Below, piece after piece: positions 43,749 through 53,772 of a stretch of 55,134 nucleotides of DNA (positions within the stretch are counted from its first letter, which is position 1; every line of letters begins with the position of its first letter). Where the stretch lies: the NCBI GenBank assembly GCA_041167305.1, contig JBEEHI010000138.1, forward strand, positions 1 through 55,134, given 5' to 3'. The notes beneath the pieces are model-generated. The model had not been told where the DNA came from and ran no database searches. It worked only from the letters and a program-made list of their open reading frames with translations. Source of the stretch: Verrucomicrobiota bacterium. GTDB lineage: Bacteria > Verrucomicrobiota > Verrucomicrobiia > Chthoniobacterales > UBA10450. The translations under genes and the position numbers were made by a program.

Positions 43749-45143
43749 TCAATTCCTCAAAATAGATGCAGAGGTGAGAGGTTGCGGCGCTCGGTCATTC
43801 GCGACCACTATTGGTGGCGCTGCCGGATTAGCTTCGGATTCGTGATAATTCACGATCAACCGCGAACCGCGGTGTCCGGTCAGGAACAACCAGCCCCATT
43901 GTAAGAAGACGCTGACCTTCAAACTAAGCTGAGCGAGAAAAGTGATGTGAATGAAAGCCCAGCCGAGCCACACGATGAGACCGTGCAGCCGAAGTTTACC
44001 GCTCTGAAGAACTCCGTAACCCTTGCCCACGACAGCCATGGTGCCTTTGTCGAAATAGCGAAACGGTTTTGGCGCCTTCTTGCCGGCAAGTTGGCGGCAA
44101 ATCAGTTTGCCAGCGTAGCGTCCTTGTTGCATTGCAACCTGAGCGACTCCCGCCAGCGGTTTCCCGTCCTGGTCGAGCGAGGCCGTATCGCCGATCACGA
44201 AAATTTCCGGATACTTTGGAACTCGAAGATCGGGTTGAATGCGAACGCGACCAGCGCGATCGGTCTCCACCCCTAACCATTTTCCGGCAGGGGAAGGCGT
44301 GACACCGGCGGTCCAGATCACTGTCTTGCTCGCAATTCGCTCGCCTGCGACAATGACTCCTTCGCTGTCGATCTTCTCAACGGCGTGGCCCAGGTGGACT
44401 TCAACTCCCAGCTTTTGCAGATGGGACTCCACTGCCTCAGACAGACTCGGGGCAAAAGTGCCAAGGACGTTTCGAGCCGCATCGATCAAAACAATTCGTG
44501 CTGAACTCGGATCGATCCGGCGGAATTCGGAACGTAATGACGTTCGAACGAAAATAGCGAGCGCCGCCGCCATCTCGACGCCGGTTGGTCCGGCCCCGAC
44601 CAAAACGAAGGTCAACAAATCGCGGTGAAGATCGACATTTTCTTCGGCCTCGGCCTGTTCAAACGCGCTGAGGATTTTGTTCCGGATACCGACGGCATCG
44701 GCCACGCTTTTCAAGCCCGGAGCAAACTTTTCAAATTCGTTGTGTCCGAAATAACTGTGACGCGCCCCGGTGGCGAGAATGAGGTAGTCGTAAGGCACCG
44801 GCACCTGCTCGCGATCCGCATTGTTTACAAAAACGCAGCGTTGCGCTTTATCCACCCCCGTGACCTCGCCCATGATCACCGTTGTGTTTTTATGTCTTCG
44901 CAATACTTCACGAATTGGCGAACTCATCTGCGACGGCGCGAGGACTGAGGTAGCTACCTGGTAAAGAAGCGGCTGAAAAACATGATGGTTCGTCCGGTCA
45001 ATGAGAATGACTTCGACCGGCGTTTTCCCAAGGGCTTTGGCCGCAGCCAGACCACCAAAACCGCCGCCGACGATCACCACCCGCGGCGTCTTCGACGTCT
45101 GCGCATCCGCGCCATTGATAGAATTGAGATTCGAATCGTTCAT
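43749..45143 (-). CDS. ndh: type II NADH dehydrogenase (NDH-2)
   Basis: PRVVIVGGGFGGLAAAKAL, LVGAGPTGVEMA, and a C-terminal membrane-anchoring helix. Confidence 0.85.
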   Translation of the reverse strand: MNDSNLNSINGADAQTSKTPRVVIVGGGFGGLAAAKALGKTPVEVILIDRTNHHVFQPLLYQVATSVLAPSQMSSPIREVLRRHKNTTVIMGEVTGVDKAQRCVFVNNADREQVPVPYDYLILATGARHSYFGHNEFEKFAPGLKSVADAVGIRNKILSAFEQAEAEENVDLHRDLLTFVLVGAGPTGVEMAAALAIFVRTSLRSEFRRIDPSSARIVLIDAARNVLGTFAPSLSEAVESHLQKLGVEVHLGHAVEKIDSEGVIVAGERIASKTVIWTAGVTPSPAGKWLGVETDRAGRVRIQPDLRVPKYPEIFVIGDTASLDQDGKPLAGVAQVAMQQGRYAGKLICRQLAGKKAPKPFRYFDKGTMAVVGKGYGVLQSGKLRLHGLIVWLGWAFIHITFLAQLSLKVSVFLQWGWLFLTGHRGSRLIVNYHESEANPAAPPIVVANDRAPQPLTSASILRN

Positions 45144-45149
45144 TCACTC

Positions 45150-45181
45150 CTTTCTCAAGCTTTCGAGCCCCGAAATTTCAG
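45150..45181 (-). promoter_or_regulatory. conserved 32-nt leader motif, copy A (CTGAAATTTCGGGGCTCGAAAGCTTGAGAAAG), 6 nt upstream of the ndh ATG
   Basis: Read directly. 28/32 identical to copy C and 27/32 to copy B. Confidence 0.7.
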
Positions 45182-45257
45182 AGAATCTTGTTTTTCTCGC
45201 AGACCGTGATGGTCAGTTCAGCGGTACGTGTTTAGCTGCGAACAGACGGCCGCCTTA

Positions 45258-45503
45258 TCAGGCGAGCCAGAAACTGATAAGAAGAATCAGGATAAGTGTG
45301 GTTATCCCTAACCACGGGATGAGAAACAGCTCGACTCTGACATGGCGCGCGGCCGGAAAATCGTTGTCGACGTTCGCGTCGCGGTCAAAGAATCGGTGAC
45401 GATTGCGAAAGACGTATACGCCTCCCGCCAGGTAGATGAGAAAGAAGAAGGTCGCCGCGATTCGCAGAGCAGGAAGAGCTGCCGGATTAATCAGTGCGAT
45501 CAT
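45258..45503 (-). CDS. small two-TM membrane protein
   Basis: ATG 45503 forms an ATGA overlap with the CoA-transferase stop. 81 aa with two hydrophobic helices. Confidence 0.5.
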   Translation of the reverse strand: MIALINPAALPALRIAATFFFLIYLAGGVYVFRNRHRFFDRDANVDNDFPAARHVRVELFLIPWLGITTLILILLISFWLA

Positions 45504-47044
45504 TTTCCGTTCGGAAGCCACTCGGGTTTGCTAGACCCACGCGGAACCAGGACCGTGCGGTAGGCTCCCGGTGTGCGAGACATAACGATTTGGTCCATCA
45601 TTCCCTGATAAGTTCCAAGCGGCGTTTCCGCGGTGAAAAGATCTGGATCGATCAACATGTGTTCATCGCTCGAGCCAGCGGTCGCCTTTGCATACTCCTT
45701 GTTGAAGATGCCTAACGAGAGCATCCAAAGCACTGTCCTCGTCAGCGAAACTACGACGCGATAGCTACCGCCTTCGATCGCGCGCCGGCGCAAGGCAGCG
45801 AGGATTCCGGTTGTGCCTAACCAACCGACCACATTATCGCAGATGGGTACAATTGGCGGCTGCTTCGGCTGAGTTGGAGAACCTTCGATGGCAAAGAGAC
45901 CGGAAACTGCGGAGCCAATCTCATCGAAACCGGGTCGGTTCGACCACGGTCCTTTCTCACCGTGGAGAACAACGGTCGCGTGAATCAACCCGGGCTTGCG
46001 CTGGCAAAGCGCATCGGCATCCAGGTCGTGCTTCTTCAAGAATCCCGGACGCTTGTTGGCAAAAAATACATCGGCATCTTGAAGCAGCTGGTTAAACCGT
46101 GCCCGATCTTCCTTCGAATCATCGAGTATCGTTGAGCGCATGCCCACTTGGACATCCCAAGCGAAGGCTTCGATCTCCGAATCGCGCGGTCTCCAGATGT
46201 TGAGCACATCCGCGCCGTATAGAGCCAGATCTCGACCTATGGCAGCTCCGGCGATCACGTGACCCATTCCCAATGCGCGGACACCAGCAAGCGGAAGATT
46301 ATCGATCGGCTTGAGCGGAACAGGATCGCTCTCGCCAATCTTTTCCACTGTGATCAGCGGCATTTTTGAGAGAACGCCGGTGTATTGGGGTTCCCGACGA
46401 AATTCCTCATTCGTCCGCACCATTGCCAGAACCAGCCCCTCTGCCGCAGCAGCCTGTTCCAGTTCCAGAGCGTTCCATTTGAGTATGGCGGCGTTAATTG
46501 ATTCCTGGCTCGGGCTGCAGCCGAGAAAATTGAGGGTGTCTACGAGGAGTTTAGGATAGATGTCCAGAGCCAGGACGTGTCGCCCATCTCGTGTTTCGCG
46601 AAAGAACGGGCCCGTCAGGAAAGGACTAACGGCATAGCCACCTGGGGAAGGCGGCCGTCCATTGATAGTTTCCCATTTGCCGTCAAAGAATCCGTAGAAA
46701 CGTCGCAGCGCTTTGCGCACGTCGACCGAGATATCCTGTCCTTCGCCGGTGGTCTGTCTCCAAAGTGCGGCTAGAGCAACGCTTCGTGCGGCGAGACCCA
46801 CAGCGGCCATCGTCCCGAACCGCACTGGGCTTGGAAGAATCGGATCTTGCCCGTAAAAGCTAAGCCTTCCGCCGGAATCATCGGTTGTCATGCCGATATC
46901 TGTGAGGACGCCATTCACACATTCGTGCAGGTCGATATCCGGCGACGTTGCCGGATGACCTAGCTTCAGTTCCAGCGCGTCAGTCAATCGATCGGTTGCT
47001 GCGCTCGTCTCACTCGATGGTGTAGTTATCGTCGCGGTGCTCAT
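45500..47044 (-). CDS. family III CoA-transferase (CaiB/BaiF family)
   Basis: ATG 47044 is preferred over GTG 47083, which would translate the conserved leader motif. LSFYGQDPILPSP...VFFANKRPGFLKKHDLDADAL. Confidence 0.75.
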   Translation of the reverse strand: MSTATITTPSSETSAATDRLTDALELKLGHPATSPDIDLHECVNGVLTDIGMTTDDSGGRLSFYGQDPILPSPVRFGTMAAVGLAARSVALAALWRQTTGEGQDISVDVRKALRRFYGFFDGKWETINGRPPSPGGYAVSPFLTGPFFRETRDGRHVLALDIYPKLLVDTLNFLGCSPSQESINAAILKWNALELEQAAAAEGLVLAMVRTNEEFRREPQYTGVLSKMPLITVEKIGESDPVPLKPIDNLPLAGVRALGMGHVIAGAAIGRDLALYGADVLNIWRPRDSEIEAFAWDVQVGMRSTILDDSKEDRARFNQLLQDADVFFANKRPGFLKKHDLDADALCQRKPGLIHATVVLHGEKGPWSNRPGFDEIGSAVSGLFAIEGSPTQPKQPPIVPICDNVVGWLGTTGILAALRRRAIEGGSYRVVVSLTRTVLWMLSLGIFNKEYAKATAGSSDEHMLIDPDLFTAETPLGTYQGMMDQIVMSRTPGAYRTVLVPRGSSKPEWLPNGK

Positions 47045-47058
47045 TGGTTGTTCCAATT

Positions 47059-47090
47059 CTTTCTCAAGCTTCCAAGCCCGCACATTTCAG
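47059..47090 (-). promoter_or_regulatory. conserved 32-nt leader motif, copy B (CTGAAATGTGCGGGCTTGGAAGCTTGAGAAAG), 14 nt upstream of ATG 47044
   Basis: Read directly. Confidence 0.7.
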
Positions 47091-47184
47091 AAAAGCGTGA
47101 GATTTTTTTGGCGAGCCTTATGCAAAACACCGGAAAACCAGACTTCGTCGGCTAATCGCCTGGAGTGCTCAGCGATATAAGGCG

Positions 47185-48675
47185 TCAGGCGACGGCCCGT
47201 TCCTGGCGCGCCCAGGCGGCCTCACGCAAAACGCGTTTTAGAATTTTGCCGGAGCCGCTCTTCGGCAGCTCGGTCCCCGAGAACTCGATGCTCCGCGGGA
47301 CCTTGAAAGTGGCGAGCGATCGCCGGCAATAGGCGATCAACTCTTCCGCAGTTAGGGTTTCTCCCGGCTTGAGAACAACGAAAGCCTTCACCATTTCCCC
47401 CCACCTTGGATCCGGTATTCCGAAGACCGCCACTTCGCGCACCGCTGGATGCGTGTAAATCACAGCCTCGACTTCACCGGAATAAACGTTCTCCCCGCCG
47501 GTGACGATCATGTCTTTCAACCGATCGAGAATGTAGAAGTAGCCCTTTGCATCCTGATAGCCGACATCGCCGGTGCGAAAGAAGCCGTTCCGGAATGCGC
47601 CGTCTGTCTCGCCCGGGTTGTTCCAATAACCGCGCATGATATTCGCACCGCGAGCGACCAACTCGCCAGTTTTCCCAATTTCGACTTCGTTTCCTGTTGG
47701 ATCGACAACGCGCACGTCGATTCCCGTACATGGACGCCCGCAGGACGTGAGTTTGTCCTCGGTGTGCTCACCGTCTTTCAAGCCGGTGAGGAACCCGGCT
47801 TCACTCAGTCCGTAGACCTGAACAAGTTTAACCTTCGGCAAAACCTGCCTGGTGTGGTGCACGAGTTCCGGCGCCATTGGAGATCCGCCGTATCCGAAAT
47901 GCCGAAGAGTCGATAGGTCATACTTCTGCAGCTCCGGAGACTGCGTCAGCATATTGATCATGGTTGGGACCAGGACAGTGTGCGTGACCTGTTCGCGTTG
48001 GACTGTCTCGCAGAAAGTTTCAGGGCTGAACTTTGGGATCGTGACCTGACAGGTGCCGAAAGCCGCGGCGGCGAACATGAAAGGAAAATCCGCGATGTGA
48101 AAAATCGGCGCGGCATGTAAATGGACCGCGCCTTCTTTAAGCGGGAACCAGAAGTGGGTGTGATAGACGTTCTCCAGAACATTTGCGTGCCTGATCTCGA
48201 CGCCTTTCGGCCGGCCCGTTGTCCCACTGGTATAGATAAGAGCCAGGATGGCGTGTGGATCGTAAATTGGATCCGAAATGGAGTCGCTTTGAATGTCCAG
48301 CGGGTCTTGATCGAGTACCGCCTGCCATGAAACTTGCACAGTCGGGACCGGCAGCGACGAATGGCGAATCAATCCGCCCGGCTTGGCATCGTCGAGGATG
48401 CCGTCAATTTCTTTGACTGAGAGCCGCGTGTTTAATGGTAGCGCTGTGACGCCGAGCCAGGCGCACGCATAGACGAACTCGATGTAATCGGGCTCATTGG
48501 GAAGAAGAATGGCCAACCGGTCTCCCGCTTTGAAGCCATGTTTCGTCAATGCGGCAGCAATGCGCCCGACGCGATCGTGTAGCTCGCGGAAAGTTAACCG
48601 TGTTCCGTTTGCGGCAAGCGCGGCGCGTTCCGGAAAATATTGGGCAGCCCGTCCTAAAGAGTGGACGTAAATCAT
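47185..48675 (-). CDS. AMP-dependent acyl-CoA synthetase/ligase
   Basis: 496 aa. LIYTSGTTGRPKGV, GYGGSP, TGDVGYQD, SGKILKR. Confidence 0.85.
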   Translation of the reverse strand: MIYVHSLGRAAQYFPERAALAANGTRLTFRELHDRVGRIAAALTKHGFKAGDRLAILLPNEPDYIEFVYACAWLGVTALPLNTRLSVKEIDGILDDAKPGGLIRHSSLPVPTVQVSWQAVLDQDPLDIQSDSISDPIYDPHAILALIYTSGTTGRPKGVEIRHANVLENVYHTHFWFPLKEGAVHLHAAPIFHIADFPFMFAAAAFGTCQVTIPKFSPETFCETVQREQVTHTVLVPTMINMLTQSPELQKYDLSTLRHFGYGGSPMAPELVHHTRQVLPKVKLVQVYGLSEAGFLTGLKDGEHTEDKLTSCGRPCTGIDVRVVDPTGNEVEIGKTGELVARGANIMRGYWNNPGETDGAFRNGFFRTGDVGYQDAKGYFYILDRLKDMIVTGGENVYSGEVEAVIYTHPAVREVAVFGIPDPRWGEMVKAFVVLKPGETLTAEELIAYCRRSLATFKVPRSIEFSGTELPKSGSGKILKRVLREAAWARQERAVA

Positions 48676-48685
48676 GGCAGCGTCC

Positions 48686-49735
48686 CTAGTAGAAGCCTTG
48701 TATGTCGCGCCGGACGCTTACCTTTCCGGCGTAGCGTCGCGAGATGAAGACGAAATAGAATACGGCCAGCGCGAAAGCGATCGGCCACCAAAAGCCCGCG
48801 CGAAGCAAAGTGGTCGGACTGGATGCCAAGGCATAAGCGCTTAACGAATTCTCGGGCGCGAGTGTCGAATGAAGCATCACGGGAAAAATCGCGGCCGCTG
48901 CAGTAGCTAACAGACCGACAATGAGAAAGTTTGATCCCACGAAAGCTCGCAGTTCGCGACCGCTCTTCAGGGCGGTGAGCAGCGTGAACCCTGAGGCAGC
49001 AATCACGATCAATCCGAGCCACCAAAATGGATTGGACCAGGCGCGTCCTGGCAGATCGGGACGCACGATTCTCGATTCAATCAGGACTCCGGCGAGCAAT
49101 GGGAGAACCGCGATCCAAAGATATTTCGCCCATTTTTCCGAACGATCGTGCACCGGGCCTTCAGTTTTAAGCGTTAGATAGGTGGCGCCATGCGCCGCTA
49201 GCATGACAACGGCGAGAATTGCAATCGAAACGGTGTACCAGTCGAGCAGACCGACATGGCCGCGGACATTGAAGTCGGTGAAAAACGCCATCGAGAAATT
49301 CCCTTGCGCGTCCACCGGAACGCCGCGCGCGACGTTGCCCGCAGCTGCACCGAAAAGAATCGCGAGAAGAAAATTGGAAAAAACGAAATTGAAGTCCCAA
49401 TATCCCTGCCAAAGGCGATCATTGATGTGCCCGCCGACTTCGATCGAAACTCCGCGCAGAATCAAGCACCACAAAATCAGAAAGAGGGCGAGATAATAAC
49501 CGGCAAAAGCCGAAGCCATCAGGCGCGGGAAGATCGCGATCAATGTTCCGCCGAAACCGAGGAGCCATACCTCATGCCACGTCCATAACGGCCCGATCGC
49601 AGCGATGACTTGTCGGCGTTCGTCCGGAGTCTTGGCGACAAACCGCTGTAGCATCCCGGCGCCGAAGTTACGTCCGTCCAGAACGACGTAGATGATCAGC
49701 ATGAGACTAACTGCGGCGTACCATGCGGCGATCAT
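48686..49735 (-). CDS. cydB: cytochrome bd ubiquinol oxidase subunit II
   Basis: 349 aa multi-TM protein. VLDGRNFGAGML. ATGA-type overlap with cydA. Confidence 0.85.
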   Translation of the reverse strand: MIAAWYAAVSLMLIIYVVLDGRNFGAGMLQRFVAKTPDERRQVIAAIGPLWTWHEVWLLGFGGTLIAIFPRLMASAFAGYYLALFLILWCLILRGVSIEVGGHINDRLWQGYWDFNFVFSNFLLAILFGAAAGNVARGVPVDAQGNFSMAFFTDFNVRGHVGLLDWYTVSIAILAVVMLAAHGATYLTLKTEGPVHDRSEKWAKYLWIAVLPLLAGVLIESRIVRPDLPGRAWSNPFWWLGLIVIAASGFTLLTALKSGRELRAFVGSNFLIVGLLATAAAAIFPVMLHSTLAPENSLSAYALASSPTTLLRAGFWWPIAFALAVFYFVFISRRYAGKVSVRRDIQGFY

Positions 49736-51105
49736 ACGAGCACCGCCTCTCTTTGGTCGACAACTAGGGTCGCTTCTTCTTCAGGCCCCTCTGCGATCTC
49801 GCGGCCGGTTAGGCCGAGAAAAAGCAGACCGATTACAAAATATAACCCGGTGAACCCAATCAGGGTGAAGATCGCGTCCCCGTTGCTGACGACTTTGCTG
49901 TAACCATCACGCGTGTGAAACAGGCCGTAGATCAACCACGGCTGCCGTCCCAGCTCCGCGGTCATCCAACCAAGGGTGTTGGCGATGTAAGGATACGGAA
50001 ACGCCAACATCAAAATCCAAAGCAATAAGCGGCTTGATTCGAGTTTCCCACGCCAGTTCAGCAACGTGGCAAAGCCCATCAGCGCGATGAACAGCGTTCC
50101 GAGGGTGATCATGATGTGAAACGAGTAGTAGAGAAGCTCAAGATTGTCCGGCCATTGATCTTTCGGGAAATCGTTCAAACCGTGGACAAAACTTCCGAAG
50201 TGGCCGTAGGCGAGAAAACTCAGTGCGCCCGGAACTTCGATCGGATTATCGAGCCGCTGCGCGGCAACATTCGGTTGACCAATGAGCGTGACACCCGCCA
50301 TTGGTCCGCCTTCGAACTTTCCCTCCATCGCCGCAAGCGTGATCGGTTGATGATTGCCCACCATCTTGGCTTGCTGGTCACCCGTCGGAAAGGCAACGAG
50401 CAGCGATGCGATCAAACCAACGAAAGTTCCCGCGCCTAAATAAAGTTTGGCTTGGACTGGATGAAGACCGCGTAATGAGTAGAACGCTCCAATCGCAGCA
50501 ACGACAAACGAGCCGGTCACGACCGCGGCCAATTGATTATGCGCGAATTGCACAAACGCCCACGGATTTAAAAGATAGGCGCTCATGCTGGCGATGCCTA
50601 ACGAACCGTTCGCTTCGATCTGATAACCAACCGGATGCTGCATGAACGAATTCGTGACCAGAATGAAATAACCCGAGAGCCAACTCCCGAGCGCAACCGC
50701 TAACGCCGCGGCAAAATGGCCGCGCGGTCCTAATCGTTTTTCGCCCCAGATCAGGGCGCCGACGAACGCGCTCTCCATGAAGAACGCGAACATCCCTTCC
50801 ATGGCCAGCGTTTGGCCAACCGCGCCGCCGGCATACTTCGAAAAATCCGCCCAGTTCGTTCCGAACTGAAATTCCATCGGAATGCCCGTCACGACACCGA
50901 CGGCAAAATTAAGTCCGAATATCTTGGCCCAAAACCGGACGGCCTGATTGTATTTCTCGTCCCCAGTTCTGATCGCACGCCATTTCCAGTAAACGATGAA
51001 CAACGCCAGTCCCATGGTGAGCTGCGGAAAGAGGTAGTGATAGACGATCGTGAACCCGAACTGTAGCCGGTGCCAAAAGCCCGGATCGTTAAAGATCGAG
51101 TTCAC
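49732..51105 (-). CDS. cydA: cytochrome bd ubiquinol oxidase subunit I
   Basis: 457 aa. RLQFGFTIVYHYLFPQLTMGLA, GIPMEFQFGTNW, GWMTAELGRQPW. Confidence 0.9.
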   Translation of the reverse strand: MNSIFNDPGFWHRLQFGFTIVYHYLFPQLTMGLALFIVYWKWRAIRTGDEKYNQAVRFWAKIFGLNFAVGVVTGIPMEFQFGTNWADFSKYAGGAVGQTLAMEGMFAFFMESAFVGALIWGEKRLGPRGHFAAALAVALGSWLSGYFILVTNSFMQHPVGYQIEANGSLGIASMSAYLLNPWAFVQFAHNQLAAVVTGSFVVAAIGAFYSLRGLHPVQAKLYLGAGTFVGLIASLLVAFPTGDQQAKMVGNHQPITLAAMEGKFEGGPMAGVTLIGQPNVAAQRLDNPIEVPGALSFLAYGHFGSFVHGLNDFPKDQWPDNLELLYYSFHIMITLGTLFIALMGFATLLNWRGKLESSRLLLWILMLAFPYPYIANTLGWMTAELGRQPWLIYGLFHTRDGYSKVVSNGDAIFTLIGFTGLYFVIGLLFLGLTGREIAEGPEEEATLVVDQREAVLV

Positions 51106-51114
51106 GGTCGATCC

Positions 51115-52086
51115 TTACGCAGCTGCTTGTTTCGTCTTTGTCGCGCGGTTGTTGGTCTGCGCGCGCAACTGAAGAAGTCCGATGATCACCTCGTTCTCGT
51201 CCTGTGCGAGTTCGTCCACGGAACGATTGCCAGCTTCGCGCAAGACTCCGTCGACGATCGTTTGTTTGAGCTCCGGCGTAACATCTGGAGTGCCGAGAGT
51301 TTTGATCATTCCCACCAGGGGATCCATCAGATGATCCATGAAGTGTTTAATGCCGCCGGCGCCACCGCCGAGATGCCATTGTAAACTCGGCCCCATTACT
51401 CCCCAACGAGGTCCCGGGCCGTAGCTCACCGCAACGTCCGCGTCCTCGACGCTCAGCACGTCGTGCTGAATCAGATACATGATCTCCTTGTAGAGTGCCG
51501 CCTGGAGCCGGTTACCAACATGACCGGGAAGCTCCTTTTTCAATTCGATCGGTTTCTTCCCGATCGACGCGTAAAACGCGAGCGCCTGTTGAATCGCCTC
51601 CGGCGACGTCTTCGTTCCTCCGACAACTTCGACTAACGGAATGATATGCGGTGGGTTAAACGGATGTCCGACGAGAATCCGCTCCGGGTGCTTGCATTTT
51701 GATTGCATTACGCTCGGCGTAATTCCCGACGAGCTCGACGCGATGATTGAATCGACGGGAGCGGCATCGTCCATGTCCGCGAACAGCTTCATCTTGAAAT
51801 CCGGACGCTCCGGTCCGTTTTCCTGAACGAAGTCCGCTTTCGACAAGGCTTCCTTCATATCCGTCGTGAACGTGAGACGATCGCGGGATGCGCCTTTGGA
51901 AAGGCCGACGTTCGTCAGATCCTTCCACGCTTCATCAACGTATTTGCGCAAATTGGCTTCGGCGTTCGGTCCGGGATCGGTCACGATGACATCAAATCCA
52001 CGCGCCAGGTATTCGGCGGCCCAACTGGCGCCGATGACTCCAGCGCCTACAATGGCGATTCTTTTAATAGGTTTGTTGTATGACAT
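51115..52086 (-). CDS. 3-hydroxyacyl-CoA dehydrogenase family protein (L-carnitine dehydrogenase-like)
   Basis: IAIVGAGVIGASWAAEYLARGFDVIV, VQENGPERPDFK, VGHPFNPPHIIPLVEVV. Confidence 0.75.
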   Translation of the reverse strand: MSYNKPIKRIAIVGAGVIGASWAAEYLARGFDVIVTDPGPNAEANLRKYVDEAWKDLTNVGLSKGASRDRLTFTTDMKEALSKADFVQENGPERPDFKMKLFADMDDAAPVDSIIASSSSGITPSVMQSKCKHPERILVGHPFNPPHIIPLVEVVGGTKTSPEAIQQALAFYASIGKKPIELKKELPGHVGNRLQAALYKEIMYLIQHDVLSVEDADVAVSYGPGPRWGVMGPSLQWHLGGGAGGIKHFMDHLMDPLVGMIKTLGTPDVTPELKQTIVDGVLREAGNRSVDELAQDENEVIIGLLQLRAQTNNRATKTKQAAA

Positions 52087-52186
52087 GGTGAATTTTCCTT
52101 TTTTTGTATTTGGTTAGTCGCTTGAACGATGGATTTAAATTTTGTCGGATAGGGACGTTTTCTGCGTTGGTGTCATCGCGTCCATT

Positions 52187-52786
52187 TTAGGTGTGCAACC
52201 GGTTGGCAATAGTCGCGACATGTTTGCCTTGAAACCGCGCCATCGCGAGCTCGATGGCCGATGGTTTTCGCGAGCCGTCGGGCCCGGCGACGGTTGCCGC
52301 GCCGTAAGGCGAACCACCTCTGAATTCCGAGATATTGGTTAGTTCAGGACACGAATAAGGTAACCCGACGTAAATCATGCCGAGATGCAGCAGGGTCGGA
52401 ATAAAAGTGAGAATGGTGGATTCATTCCCGCCTCCGGTGCCAGTGCTGGCAAACACGCTAGCGACCTTGCCGATGAGCGAACCCTGGACCCAAAGTCCGC
52501 CCGTCTGATCAAGGAAATTGCGCATCTGCGCCGCCATGTTGCCGAACCGCGTCGGCGTACCGAAAATAATGGCGTCGTAATTCGCCAGTTCCGCCGGCGT
52601 GGCGACTGGCGCCGCCTGATCCAATTTCGCTCCCGCCTTGCGCGCGATTTCTTCAGGCATCAATTCCGTGACGCGCTTTACTGTGACCTGAACGCCTTCG
52701 ACGGACTTCGCTCCTTCAGCGATCGCGCCTGCCATCGCTTCGATATGACCATACATGGAATAGTAGAGAACTAATAGTTGGGTCAT
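52187..52786 (-). CDS. wrbA: NAD(P)H:quinone oxidoreductase, flavodoxin-like
   Basis: [22 protein letters not shown]...[27 protein letters not shown]. Confidence 0.85.
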   Translation of the reverse strand: MTQLLVLYYSMYGHIEAMAGAIAEGAKSVEGVQVTVKRVTELMPEEIARKAGAKLDQAAPVATPAELANYDAIIFGTPTRFGNMAAQMRNFLDQTGGLWVQGSLIGKVASVFASTGTGGGNESTILTFIPTLLHLGMIYVGLPYSCPELTNISEFRGGSPYGAATVAGPDGSRKPSAIELAMARFQGKHVATIANRLHT

Positions 52787-52830
52787 GACTCGAAGTTGGT
52801 GGTTGGTTGTGAATTGTTAATGGCGTTGTG

Positions 52831-53766
52831 CTAGGACATTTCCGCGTAAGCAATTCCGGTGAGATTTCCCTGCGCGACCAGGAGCGGTTTCTTTTCCGTG
52901 CCGTCAAGCTTGGCGGAGAAAATGTTGCCGGCTAAATCGGTGATGAACATCCGGTTCCCTTTGAAATCGAGAGCGATCCCGATTCCTTCCATTAGATGCG
53001 TGAGCAAAATATCCGGTGTCGGATGTTTGGTGAAATCGGCATCCAGCGACGCGCGGCTTACCGTGTTTCCGCGCGGAGGATCTCCGCGGTCGGTCCAATA
53101 CAGGAACCGATTCTTCAGATCGAGCTCGAGATCGATCGGCTCCGGCAAACCATCGAACAACAGTTCGATATCGGTGCGGGCGGCCGCGGTCTCGCCTTTC
53201 GGGATTTCGATATTCGCCCGAAAGATGCGGCCCTTGCCCGCGTCGTCAGGACCTTTTTGCGTCCAGTAAATTTGTCCACGATCCGGATCGACCGTGATCC
53301 CGACGCACCATTTCGTCGCGTCGGTGCCTGGACGCGCGGCGCCCTTGCTGGAGTCGACCAGAGTTTCGATGTTCGAACCATCCAGGTTCGCGCGCATCAC
53401 GCGCATGCCTTCGCGATCGCACCAGTAAAGTTTGCCGCTCTTCTTCTCGAGATGAAGTTGCTTTGGCGTGAATGTCTTGCCTTCGCCGACGATGGTTGCG
53501 CGATTCTGGCCGTCTAGGTCGGCGCGCTCGATCGAACCGTCGTTTTGGCTCGGCACACCCATGTTGGTCCAGTAAATGTGTCCGGCTTCAAGATCGACGA
53601 CGACGCCATCCGGAATTCGAGCTCCGCTGAGAATGACTTTCCGGTCCGATCCATCGGCATTAGCCGAATGAATCCCGCCGCCGCTCGCTTCGAGAAAAAA
53701 TAGTCGGCCAGTCGCTGTTTTGCTGCTGGTTGGACGCTTTGCTTTTAAAGTTTCAGTTGCACTCAT
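52831..53766 (-). CDS. six-bladed YWTD (LDL-receptor class B-like) beta-propeller protein
   Basis: 311 aa. Repeated IYWTNMG, LYWCDREG, IYWTQKG, LYWTDRGD and MFITDLAG. No obvious signal peptide. Confidence 0.65.
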   Translation of the reverse strand: MSATETLKAKRPTSSKTATGRLFFLEASGGGIHSANADGSDRKVILSGARIPDGVVVDLEAGHIYWTNMGVPSQNDGSIERADLDGQNRATIVGEGKTFTPKQLHLEKKSGKLYWCDREGMRVMRANLDGSNIETLVDSSKGAARPGTDATKWCVGITVDPDRGQIYWTQKGPDDAGKGRIFRANIEIPKGETAAARTDIELLFDGLPEPIDLELDLKNRFLYWTDRGDPPRGNTVSRASLDADFTKHPTPDILLTHLMEGIGIALDFKGNRMFITDLAGNIFSAKLDGTEKKPLLVAQGNLTGIAYAEMS

Positions 53767-53772
53767 ATTTTC

